Below, in pieces: positions 10,922 through 19,239 of a DNA stretch of 64,000 bases; within the stretch, counting starts at the first letter, position 1; the number at the start of each line of letters is the position of its first letter. The stretch is taken from the NCBI GenBank assembly GCA_963792815.1, contig CAWBXR010000011.1:138036-202035 (forward strand), given 5' to 3'. This DNA is from an uncultured Gammaproteobacteria bacterium (GTDB lineage Bacteria; Pseudomonadota; Gammaproteobacteria; Pseudomonadales; Halieaceae). The position numbers and the translations under genes are program-made. The notes beneath the pieces were generated by a model. It made no database searches. It was given only the letters and a program-made list of their open reading frames with translations, and was not told the DNA's origin.

Positions 10922-11863
10922 ATGTTCAAGCTGAGTGACGGAGTCAAGAAGGCGTTAATTTTGATTCCCACCGAGCCCCTGCCGGCCGGAACCCGGGTGT
11001 CCCTGCGACGCAAATATCTTGCCGAGCTGGAGCTGGCCAAGGCACATGCCGCCAGCTTCCTGATTATCGGCCACCCCAAAAGTGGCAATACCTGGCTCAA
11101 GGTGATGATTTCCAGGCTCTACCAGCTGCGCTATAACCTGCCGGAATCAAAGCTTATCAACACCGACGAATTCGCCCGCAAGATCCCTGAGATTCCGCGC
11201 CTGGCAGCCACCAACGGCTACTACAGTTACGAGGGCGAGGTGGGCAAACTGCTGGCGGTGGACGCCCCGGATAACCCCCTGCGGCACAAGCCGGTAATGT
11301 TCCTGGCCCGCAACCCCATAGATATTGCCGTGTCCTGGTATCACCAGTTTACCAAGCGCCAGTCCCGGGCCAAGCAGGAGCTGATCAACCATTTTATCGA
11401 CCACCCCATCGATCGGAACCAGATCGATATGTGGAATTTCGTGCGCCACTCGGATATCGGCCTGCCCTTTCTCATCGAGTACCAGAATACCTGGGCGCGC
11501 AACGTGGAGCAGCTCGAGAAGGGCCTGCTGGTCAAGTACGAGGAGCTGCGCGCTGAGCCCGTGCCTACCCTGCAGAAGATCATCCAGCTGATGGGTGAGA
11601 GTTTCAGCGAGGAGGAGATCCGGGCGGCGGTGGAGTGGGGCTCTTTTGACAACCTGCAGAAACTCGAGACCAGCGGCACCTTCAGCCAGGGCGGCATGAA
11701 ACTGGTCAACGCCGATGACCCCAGCACTTTCAAAGTGCGCCGGGGCAAGGTCGGCGGTTACCGCGAGGACTTTCCGCCCGAGCAGGTAGCCGAGCTGGAA
11801 GCCCTGGTGCGCGCCAATATCCTGCCGCAGCTGGGCTATTGCCAGGATGGCGCGGAGTCCTGA
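10922..11863 (+). CDS. PAPS-dependent sulfotransferase-domain protein, paralog 1 (most divergent)
   Basis: 5'-PSB loop GHPKSGNTWL, 3'-PB motif LARNPIDIAVSWY and C-terminal FKVRRGKVGGYREDF. It overlaps the next gene by 17 nt. Confidence 0.8.
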   Translation: MFKLSDGVKKALILIPTEPLPAGTRVSLRRKYLAELELAKAHAASFLIIGHPKSGNTWLKVMISRLYQLRYNLPESKLINTDEFARKIPEIPRLAATNGYYSYEGEVGKLLAVDAPDNPLRHKPVMFLARNPIDIAVSWYHQFTKRQSRAKQELINHFIDHPIDRNQIDMWNFVRHSDIGLPFLIEYQNTWARNVEQLEKGLLVKYEELRAEPVPTLQKIIQLMGESFSEEEIRAAVEWGSFDNLQKLETSGTFSQGGMKLVNADDPSTFKVRRGKVGGYREDFPPEQVAELEALVRANILPQLGYCQDGAES

Positions 11864-12968
11864 CTTGGCCGCCCCCCGGACCTGGGTCATCCTCAGTGAC
11901 AAGCAGGGCGACAACGGACAGGTAGAAACCATTGTCGACGCCCTGCCCTGGCCGGTGGAGCACAAGTATGTCCACATGTTGCCCCAGTGGGTGCTGGGCA
12001 AGCCGCGCTACCGCCCCTCGCTGGATCACATCGATCCGGAGCAGTCCGACCCCATTGAGGCGCCCTGGCCCGACCTGATTCTCACGGTTGGCCGGCGCCC
12101 GTCAATGGTGGCCCTGTGGATCCGCCAGCAATCCGGCGGCAGGACCAGGATCGTGCTGGTGGGCAAGCCCTCTGGCCATATGCTGGATTTCTCCCTGGTG
12201 GTCGCCAGCGCCGAGAACCAGATGCCGCCGATGGATAACTTCCTGCCCACCACGCTGCCCCTGATGCGGATCAGTGAGGCCGATGTGGCCGCCGAGGCCG
12301 AGGCCTGGCGGGAGCGCTTTGCGCCGCTCGACAAGCCGCTGATTGCCATGCTGATCGGTGGCGAAACCAATCCCTTCATCATGAATCGCAAGGTGGCCCA
12401 GGACCTCGTGGCAACTGCCCACTGGGTGGTGGACGAGCTCGGGGGGACCCCTTACGTTACAACCAGCCGGCGCACCACGCCGGAGGTGGTCGAGGTATTG
12501 CGGCGGGACCTGCCGCCCCAGGCCCAGTTTTTCGAGTGGGCGGCAGGCTCACCGGACAACCCCTACCGCGCCCTGCTGGGCAGCGCCGACGGCTTTATCG
12601 TCACCGGCGACAGCGTGTCGATGATGGTGGAGGTTATTTACCTGCATAAGCCCCTGGCCATATTCCCACTGCCCGGAGGCGCCCTGGGCAGTATCGACCA
12701 GCTGCGCCGCTCCCTGGCCCACTGGCTGTTCAACCCGAAGCTGGAGTCACTCGGCGACCGCCTGCGCCGTCGCCTGGCCCGGGGTGTCTACTACATCGAT
12801 GTGTTCAAGATTCTGTGCGCCACCCGGGACTTCCGGGCCTTTCACCGGATGCTGGTGGCACAGGGGCTGGCGGTCTGGGCGGGACAGCCCTTTCGCCGCA
12901 CGGCCGCCGAACTGCCGGACGATGTCGGCACGGTTGTCAGGCGGATAGAGGCGTTGTTCCCGGGCTGA
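11847..12968 (+). CDS. ELM1-like putative GT-B-fold protein, paralog 2
   Basis: Shares the PWPDLILTVG, QSGGRTR and IVTGDSVSMM blocks with the paralogs at 5774 and 17141. Confidence 0.7.
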   Translation: MARSPDLAAPRTWVILSDKQGDNGQVETIVDALPWPVEHKYVHMLPQWVLGKPRYRPSLDHIDPEQSDPIEAPWPDLILTVGRRPSMVALWIRQQSGGRTRIVLVGKPSGHMLDFSLVVASAENQMPPMDNFLPTTLPLMRISEADVAAEAEAWRERFAPLDKPLIAMLIGGETNPFIMNRKVAQDLVATAHWVVDELGGTPYVTTSRRTTPEVVEVLRRDLPPQAQFFEWAAGSPDNPYRALLGSADGFIVTGDSVSMMVEVIYLHKPLAIFPLPGGALGSIDQLRRSLAHWLFNPKLESLGDRLRRRLARGVYYIDVFKILCATRDFRAFHRMLVAQGLAVWAGQPFRRTAAELPDDVGTVVRRIEALFPG

Positions 12969-13012
12969 TGCCCGCGAGAGTCGGCGTGCGCAAACGCACT
13001 CCGGGGTCGCTG

Positions 13013-13639
13013 TCAGCGCAGCCGCAGAACGTTTTTCATAAAGTGGGTGCCGAAGCGGCTCAGGCGTTGGGCGGCCACCGCCAGCGGGCTCTCGTCCAGG
13101 TAGTTGAGCTGGACCATGCGCCGCTCCCCGACATAGCGGGTGTGGCCGTGCCAGGAGTGGTCGGTGCGGCGAAAAGCCAGCAAGGTGCCCCCCAGCGGCG
13201 GCACCTGGGCGACATAATTCTCTATATCATCCTTTGAGCGCAGCATGCGCAGCTGCCCGTCCTCGTGGTCCCACTGCTCGTTGAAGTACACCAGCACGGT
13301 GATGACCTTGCTTTTGTGGTCGGTGTGAATGTTGCCGTCGGTCCGCTCGCAGAATTTGCGCACGGTGACCGTGGTGGGCAGGGAAGCCAGTTCCATGTCG
13401 AAGCGCTCACCCAGGGCCGTGGCGAAGTCCGGGGCGCGCAGTTCTTCCATCAGGTCTGCAAAGGCCGGGCCGTACTGCAGGTTATCGAGTGCGTGGTTGG
13501 CCGCGGTTTCAATCGCCGGGTAGTCGGCGTTGACGCGGGCCAGTACCTCGGGGCTGAGAAAGCCCGGCACCACCATATAATCGAAGGGGTCGGTGTGCAG
13601 TTCGGCGTTCTGCAGGGCCTGTATGTTGAGCAGTGACAT
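13013..13639 (-). CDS. 2OG-Fe(II) oxygenase-like protein, paralog 1
   Basis: 208 aa. Contains an HxD triad element (NIHTDHK), a distal His (HSWHGH) and a following Arg (ERRMV), consistent with a prolyl-4-hydroxylase-like double-stranded beta-helix fold. Confidence 0.55.
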   Translation of the reverse strand: MSLLNIQALQNAELHTDPFDYMVVPGFLSPEVLARVNADYPAIETAANHALDNLQYGPAFADLMEELRAPDFATALGERFDMELASLPTTVTVRKFCERTDGNIHTDHKSKVITVLVYFNEQWDHEDGQLRMLRSKDDIENYVAQVPPLGGTLLAFRRTDHSWHGHTRYVGERRMVQLNYLDESPLAVAAQRLSRFGTHFMKNVLRLR

Positions 13640-13695
13640 CGGCGCATTCTAGTTGTCGCCCGGGTCGCGGGCAAGGCGGATCGGGGCTTGTATCC

Positions 13696-13729
13696 TGTTA
13701 ATAGTGCCTCTATTGGATGTTAATAGTGC
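13696..13729. promoter_or_regulatory. 12-nt direct repeat TGTTAATAGTGC x2 in a divergent promoter region
   Basis: Exact copies at 13696..13707 and 13718..13729 (22-nt period). They lie in the AT-richer 195-nt gap between the divergent oxygenase-like gene and sulfotransferase 2. Confidence 0.3.
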
Positions 13730-13834
13730 GGTAAATCCCCGATTGCCCCGTGGTGCGGGAGCAGGCGTTTTCCTGTAATATTCGCGGCCTTTGCAGTTTC
13801 CAAATCATGTCATGCCAGCGAGGACCTCCCGCAT

Positions 13835-14746
13835 ATGGCCGATACCGCACGGGCCGTCGTTCGCCACCTCATAATGCTTCTTTGCTTCTGGCTGCCCTCG
13901 TCGCGGCGCAAGAAGATCGAGCGCTGGTTGCGCGGTCGCGAGGAGTTCAAGAAACTCGAACAAAGTGACTGGGTGCTGATGAGCTGGGGCAAGTCCGGTC
14001 GCACCTGGTTGCGGGTGATGCTGTCGCGCGCCTACCAGCTCAAGGGTGGCCTGGACGCCCGCGAGCTGCTCGATTTCGACAATCTCAAAAAGCTCGACCC
14101 GCGGCTGCCCGCGGTGTTCTTCACCCACAACAACTACCTGCGGGACTACACCGGCAACCAGGAGTCCAAGGCTCACTTCCTGGGCAAGCGCATTGTGCTG
14201 CTGGTGCGCGACCCCCGGGACGTTGCTGTGTCCCAGTTTTTCCAGTGGCAGTTCCGCATGCGCCCCAACAAGAAGTTCATCAATGACTATCCCCCCCACG
14301 GCGCCGACATCGGGGTATGGGAGTTCGTGCTGGACGAGGACGCCGGCGTGCCGCGCATCGTCGACTACTTCAACGGCTGGGCCCGCGCGATTCCCCAGTT
14401 GAAGGACGTGCTGATCGTGCGCTACGAGGACATGCGCGCAGACCCCACAGCGGTGCTGGCCAGTATCCTCGAATTTACCGGCACCGAGGTGACCCCTCAG
14501 CAGGTGCAGGAAGCGGTGGATTTCGCGGCCTATGACAACATGAAGAAAATGGAGCAGGAAAAGTTCTTCAAGGGCAGCGGCGCCAGGGTCAAGCCCGGCG
14601 ACAAGGACAACCCCCAGTCCTTCAAGGTGCGCAAGGCCAAGGTTGGCGGCTACCGCGACTATTTCACCGACGAACAGTGTGAGCAGCTCGACCGCATGGT
14701 TGAGCAGCTGGACCCGGTGTTCGGTTACGGGGTTGAACAGGTATGA
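13835..14746 (+). CDS. PAPS-dependent sulfotransferase-domain protein, paralog 2
   Basis: WGKSGRTWL (5'-PSB), LVRDPRDVAVSQF (3'-PB) and FKVRKAKVGGYRDYF. ATGA overlap with the next sulfotransferase. Confidence 0.85.
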   Translation: MADTARAVVRHLIMLLCFWLPSSRRKKIERWLRGREEFKKLEQSDWVLMSWGKSGRTWLRVMLSRAYQLKGGLDARELLDFDNLKKLDPRLPAVFFTHNNYLRDYTGNQESKAHFLGKRIVLLVRDPRDVAVSQFFQWQFRMRPNKKFINDYPPHGADIGVWEFVLDEDAGVPRIVDYFNGWARAIPQLKDVLIVRYEDMRADPTAVLASILEFTGTEVTPQQVQEAVDFAAYDNMKKMEQEKFFKGSGARVKPGDKDNPQSFKVRKAKVGGYRDYFTDEQCEQLDRMVEQLDPVFGYGVEQV

Positions 14747-15681
14747 ATCTCGCTTTCCAGAACCTGCGCCAGGGGCTGCAGACCGCCCGCAAGAAACTCT
14801 CGCGCAAGTGGTTGCACTGGCGCATGCGCGCCCAGCCTGAGGCGGAAATACTCACGGCCGAGCGCAAGCTGCGCGGCGTCGAGCAGTTCGACAAGCTGCA
14901 GAAAGCCGACATCGTGGTGGTATCCTTCGGCAAGAGCGGCCGCACCTGGCTGCGGGTGATGATCTCCCACCTGTTCCGGGTGATGTACAAACTGCCGGAA
15001 AATGCCATCCTGGGCTTCGATAATTTCCACAACCTGAACAAGTCGGTACCGAAGGTATTCTTTACCCACGACAACTACATCAAGGACTTCACCGGCGACT
15101 TCACCAGCAAGCAGCCGTTCTACGGCAAGCGCGTGATACTCCTCGCCCGGGATCCCCGGGATGTGGCGGTGTCCCAGTTTTTCCAGTGGAAATTCCGGAT
15201 CAAGCCCTCCAAGGTCACCATCAATAACTACCCGCCCCAGGGCAGCGATATCAGCCTCTTCGATTTCGTTATGGGTGATAACGGCGGCGGTATGCGAGCG
15301 GTCACCGATTACCTGAACCTGTGGGCGGCCGAGGCCGACAAGGTCACCGCCTTCCACCTGCTGCGCTACGAGGACCTGCGCAGCGATACCGCGGTTGAGT
15401 TGCGCAAACTTCTGAACTTCATGCAGGTCGATGCCACCAACGCCGAGGTTGATGCGGCGGTGGAATACTCTTCCTACGAGAACATGAAGAAGATGGAAAG
15501 CAAGGAGCAGTTCCGCTTCGCCGGTGGCCGCATGATGCCCCGGGACAAGGACAATCCCGACAGCTACAAGGTGCGCCGCGCCAAGGTCGGCGGTTACCGC
15601 GATTACTTCACCGACGAGGAAGTCGCGGCCATCGATGCCCGTTTGGCTGTCGAGCTGGATCCGCTGTTTCGTTATAGCTGA
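14743..15681 (+). CDS. PAPS-dependent sulfotransferase-domain protein, paralog 3
   Basis: FGKSGRTWL, LARDPRDVAVSQF and YKVRRAKVGGYRDYF. Start overlaps the upstream stop (ATGA at 14743..14746). Confidence 0.85.
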   Translation: MNLAFQNLRQGLQTARKKLSRKWLHWRMRAQPEAEILTAERKLRGVEQFDKLQKADIVVVSFGKSGRTWLRVMISHLFRVMYKLPENAILGFDNFHNLNKSVPKVFFTHDNYIKDFTGDFTSKQPFYGKRVILLARDPRDVAVSQFFQWKFRIKPSKVTINNYPPQGSDISLFDFVMGDNGGGMRAVTDYLNLWAAEADKVTAFHLLRYEDLRSDTAVELRKLLNFMQVDATNAEVDAAVEYSSYENMKKMESKEQFRFAGGRMMPRDKDNPDSYKVRRAKVGGYRDYFTDEEVAAIDARLAVELDPLFRYS

Positions 15682-15728
15682 TTGCGGAGTTCCCTGGTTG
15701 TGGCTCGGCTGAATTTCCCTGCCTAACG

Positions 15729-16165
15729 TTTAGTTCTGGTCTGGCAAGCCGGGCGCGACCGGGGAGAGCCCCCTCGAAAAGGCCGCAGCTCCGCAAACAA
15801 AAGGAAATTGGGGACAGACCACCATTAATTATTCGTTACAGAACGCATCGGGCTAGCGCAGGGTTGGATCTTTTTAGATCCGCGCACCACTTGATGTCAC
15901 CAAACTGTGGTCCGTCCCCCATTCTCGCCCAGTTCTGCAGAACGCTCGATTGAGGGCGCAATCGGGGAGCAGCCCCTCGAAAAAGTCAGGTCGCGTTTAG
16001 CGTAGTCAACAAACTCGGGGCTTTCTGCGAGCACTGTTCGAGTCCCAATTTTTTGCGTAGCAAAAAATGGTCGAGTTGCGCAGCAGCCGAGTTTGTTGAC
16101 GAGCTGCGGCCTTTTCGAGGGGCTGCTCCCCGGTTGTGCCCGTCTTGACACGCCTGAACCAGAAA
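15729..16165. repeat. nested inverted-repeat (REP/BIME- or MITE-like) element filling a convergent intergenic gap
   Basis: A 31-nt unit GGGGAG(A/C)(G/A)(C/G)CCCCTCGAAAAGGCCGCAGCTC occurs at 15761..15791 (+), a diverged copy at 15964..15994 (+), and an inverted copy at 16101..16131. Flanking similarity extends the outer inverted pair to about 50 nt (15740..15791 vs 16101..16153). Inner inverted pairs are GGGGACAGACCAC 15810..15822 / GTGGTCCGTCCCC 15908..15920 and GTCAACAAACTCGG 16005..16018 / CCGAGTTTGTTGAC 16087..16100. Hairpins are GGATCTTTTTAGATCC at 15866..15881 and CCAATTTTTTGC-GTA-GCAAAAAATGG at about 16045..16070. Confidence 0.7.
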
Positions 16166-16169
16166 CATA

Positions 16170-17060
16170 TCAAGCGGCCCGAACCAACTCCAGCGCGTCA
16201 GCCCGCAAATGCCCCTGCTCCATTTCTTCTTGCAGCTGGGCTTCAGTGATCACGCCGTCGTCCAGGCAGCCCTTTACCAGGCCGAAGAAGAACTTTTCCT
16301 GGTTGGGGTCCGGGTGGGCGTCGTAGGTGCCGGCGAACTTGTACTCGCCGAACAGGGCGCGACGCGCGCGGCGCAGCCAGTGACGGGGTGGGAACAGCTG
16401 GAAGGTGTCGGCGGGGCGGTAGTCCACCTTGAGGCCGGTCTTCCAGGGTTGGGTCTTGCGCTTGGTGTTGTGCAGCAGCTTGGTCTGCTCGGTGAGATTG
16501 TCGAAGTCGTTCCACTGGCTCTCCAGCCGGCCGATAGTGGCAGGGTCTTCCAGCTTTAGGGAGACCCAGTCCATGTAGTCCCGCTTCGAGGGCTTGAACA
16601 TCTCGGCGAAATTCTCCTCGAAGCGCCAGTGGCGGAGCTTCGCGCAATCCAGCAGCATCACGCTGCTGGCGAAAGCGCCCTTGCGGCCTTTGCGGCCCGA
16701 TTTGGGGCGACACATGATGGCCTTGCCTTCCATGTCCCTGTTGAGCAGTTCCCAGACATCGCCCAGGGCAAACACGTCCGGGTCGATAATCACCGCGCGG
16801 CCCTCGTAGTTCATCAGTTGCGGCGGCGCGAAGCGCAGGGGAGTGAAGGACTGCAGGTCGTTGTTGAGCCATGGGCGCATTTCGCCGTCGCGCAGGTACT
16901 GTTGTCCCTCCCGCTCGGCCATGCAGGGGAAGTCCTTCACCTCGATGAATTTGACATCGAACTGCTCGGCATGGGCAGAATTTTTCTGCAGGGAGTAGCG
17001 ACTGACCACCGCACCCAGCTTCTGCTTGTGGTTGGTGTGAATGAAAACAGTAGGTTTCAA
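16170..17060 (-). CDS. GT8-like (GT-A fold, DxD) glycosyltransferase, paralog 1
   Basis: TTG start at 17060 ((M)KPTVFIHTNHKQ). Contains DLQSFTPLRF, GRAVIIDPDVF (DxD), SSVMLLDCAKLRHW and LHNTKRKTQPWKTGL (GT8-type H..(K/Q)PW motif). Two clear paralogs lie at 18219 and 25197. Confidence 0.65.
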   Translation of the reverse strand: MKPTVFIHTNHKQKLGAVVSRYSLQKNSAHAEQFDVKFIEVKDFPCMAEREGQQYLRDGEMRPWLNNDLQSFTPLRFAPPQLMNYEGRAVIIDPDVFALGDVWELLNRDMEGKAIMCRPKSGRKGRKGAFASSVMLLDCAKLRHWRFEENFAEMFKPSKRDYMDWVSLKLEDPATIGRLESQWNDFDNLTEQTKLLHNTKRKTQPWKTGLKVDYRPADTFQLFPPRHWLRRARRALFGEYKFAGTYDAHPDPNQEKFFFGLVKGCLDDGVITEAQLQEEMEQGHLRADALELVRAA

Positions 17061-17140
17061 ACTCTGGCTTCCCTTGGCGGATTAGTGTGGTAGTTTACCG
17101 CTGGCGCAGTACCAGATAAACGGCAGGGTTTGGCAATATT

Positions 17141-18244
17141 TTGGAGAGAAATCAAGAGGTCGCAGTCTGGTGCCTGCTGGGCGCGAAGGCCGGGGATAAT
17201 ACCCAGGTGCTCGCCCTGGCGGAGGAGCTGGGCTGCGGCTACGAGGAAAAACATATACGGGCCCGCCCCTGGGAGTTACTCGTTCACCTGGGGGTCGGCC
17301 CGACCCTGGCGGGTATCGACAGGGACGCGTCCAGTGAGCTGCTGCCACCCTGGCCCGACCTGGTCATCAGTGCCGGTCGACGCAACGAGGCAGTGGCCCT
17401 CTGGATAAAGCAACAATCCGGGGGCAGGACCGCACTCGTCCACATGGGACGCCCCTGGGCCGGCCTCGACAAGTGGGACCTGCTGGTAACTACCCCTCAG
17501 TATTTCCTGCCCCGACAGGACAATATCCTGCACAACAGCCTGCCCCTGCACCGGCTTTCCCGGGCAGAACTGCAGGCCGATGGTGAGCGCTTGCGACCGC
17601 GGCTGGAAGGGCTGCCACGGCCCTGGATAGCGTTGCTGGTGGGGGGTGACAGTGGGCGTTTTGTGCTTACCCCCGCCAAGGGTGAGCGCCTGGGAAGCCT
17701 GGCGAACCAGCTGGCCGCGGCCAGTGGCGGCTCTCTGCTGGTGACGGATAGCGCGCGGACGCCGGTGGCGGCGGCAGATGCCCTGCAGGCCCAACTCACC
17801 GCGCCCAACTTCTGCTATCGCTGGGGCGGTGGCGGCGACAACCCCTATCGCAGCCTGCTGGCCCTTGCCGATGCCTTCGTGGTTACCGGCGAATCCATGT
17901 CCATGCTGGGGGAGGCGGTGGCCATGGGGCGTCCGCTGTATATCTTTGATGTCGGTGACGGCTCACTGCCCTGGTGGCGGCTGGCCCACAGTTATCGTTA
18001 CAAGCCTCTGAGCCACCGCCTGGCGATGCGCCTGGGCCCGCTGCGGATGCGGCGGGAAATCGGCAACATCCAGTCCGCGCTGGTCGACAGCGGCCGGGCC
18101 AGTTGGCTGGAGCAGGGGACTATAGCGACAGCTGCCGCGGAACTGGGCGAAACGGCAGCCGGCAGCAGTGCCGTCGGGTCCCTGGCAGCGCAGGAGCTGG
18201 AGCGGACTGCGGCCGCCGTCAGGCGGCTTTTGACAGCGCGCTGA
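17141..18244 (+). CDS. ELM1-like putative GT-B-fold protein, paralog 3
   Basis: TTG start as given by the ORF track; no in-frame ATG lies near the N-terminus. Contains PWPDLVISAG, QSGGRTA and VVTGESMSML blocks. Its 3' end overlaps the convergent GT8-like gene by 26 nt. Confidence 0.65.
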   Translation: MERNQEVAVWCLLGAKAGDNTQVLALAEELGCGYEEKHIRARPWELLVHLGVGPTLAGIDRDASSELLPPWPDLVISAGRRNEAVALWIKQQSGGRTALVHMGRPWAGLDKWDLLVTTPQYFLPRQDNILHNSLPLHRLSRAELQADGERLRPRLEGLPRPWIALLVGGDSGRFVLTPAKGERLGSLANQLAAASGGSLLVTDSARTPVAAADALQAQLTAPNFCYRWGGGGDNPYRSLLALADAFVVTGESMSMLGEAVAMGRPLYIFDVGDGSLPWWRLAHSYRYKPLSHRLAMRLGPLRMRREIGNIQSALVDSGRASWLEQGTIATAAAELGETAAGSSAVGSLAAQELERTAAAVRRLLTAR

Positions 18245-19163
18245 GCGGGTGTGCGGGGGCCGGCGGCAGGTCCGGGGTCCTTGCCAGCACTTCCAGGGCG
18301 TCGTGGCGCACGTGGTTCAGCGCCATCTCGTTGCGCAGGAACTCCTCGGTGATCTTGCCGCTGGCGAGGCACTCCTTGAGCAGGCCGAAAAAGAAGTCTT
18401 CCTGGTTCTGGTCGGGGTGCTGCTTGTAGTTGCCCAGGAAGGCGTACTCGCCGAACAGTTTGCGGCGCGCGCGCATCACCCAGGCCACCGGTGGGAACAG
18501 GCGGAAACGCTCCGCGGGGCGCCAGTCGGTGGGCAGGCCGGTCTTCCAGGGCTGGGTCTTGCGCCGGGTGGTGTGCAGCATTTTGGTGGCAGGGGTGAAT
18601 TTGTCGAAGTCGTTCCACTCGGATTCGAAGAAGTCGATGGTGCTGCGGTCTTCCTCGCGCAGGCAGATCCAGGGCTGGTAGTCCTGGGTGAAATCAAACA
18701 TCGCCTCGAAGCTGCGCTCGGCGTCCCAGTGTTGCAGCCTGGCGCAGTCCAGCAACATCACGCTGCTGGCCATGCAGCGGTCCACCAGGCCCTTGGGGCC
18801 GGAGCGCATGCGACACATGATGGCCTTGCCGTGCATATCGCGGCTGAGCAGTTCCCAGATGTCGGCGGCGGCGAAAATATCAGGGTCGATGACCACGGCC
18901 CGGCCCTCGTAGCCCATCAGTTTGGGGGGCATGAAGCGGGTGGGGGTGAAGGATTGCAGGTCGTCGTTCAGCCAGGTGCGCTTGACGCCGTCGCGCAGGT
19001 ATTCCTGCCCCTCGTGGGCGGCGAACATCGGGTAATCCCGGCTGTCCATGATCTGCACGTCGAACTTGTCGTTGTTGGCGGAATAGCGGCGCAGGGCGTG
19101 CTCGGCCACGATGGCGCCGGTGATCTGCTTCTGGTTGGTCTGGATAAATACGCAGGCTTTCAT
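18219..19163 (-). CDS. GT8-like glycosyltransferase, paralog 2
   Basis: MKACVFIQTNQKQ..., DLQSFTPTRF, GRAVVIDPDIF, SSVMLLDCARLQHW and LHTTRRKTQPWKTGL. Last gene of a six-gene minus-strand operon. Confidence 0.65.
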   Translation of the reverse strand: MKACVFIQTNQKQITGAIVAEHALRRYSANNDKFDVQIMDSRDYPMFAAHEGQEYLRDGVKRTWLNDDLQSFTPTRFMPPKLMGYEGRAVVIDPDIFAAADIWELLSRDMHGKAIMCRMRSGPKGLVDRCMASSVMLLDCARLQHWDAERSFEAMFDFTQDYQPWICLREEDRSTIDFFESEWNDFDKFTPATKMLHTTRRKTQPWKTGLPTDWRPAERFRLFPPVAWVMRARRKLFGEYAFLGNYKQHPDQNQEDFFFGLLKECLASGKITEEFLRNEMALNHVRHDALEVLARTPDLPPAPAHPLSALSKAA

Positions 19164-19239
19164 AATGTTGCGGGGTCCGTTTTACACCGGGCAACTATAA
19201 TGGAACGGGCCCTTTTTTGCCATTTTGAGGGGGGTACTT

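Noticed and set aside
15729-16165. Could the repeated 31-nt units be a small CRISPR array?
   Set aside because: There are only three copies, one of them inverted. Spacing is irregular, the units are embedded in larger inverted repeats, and no cas genes are present. This fits REP/MITE-like structure, not CRISPR.
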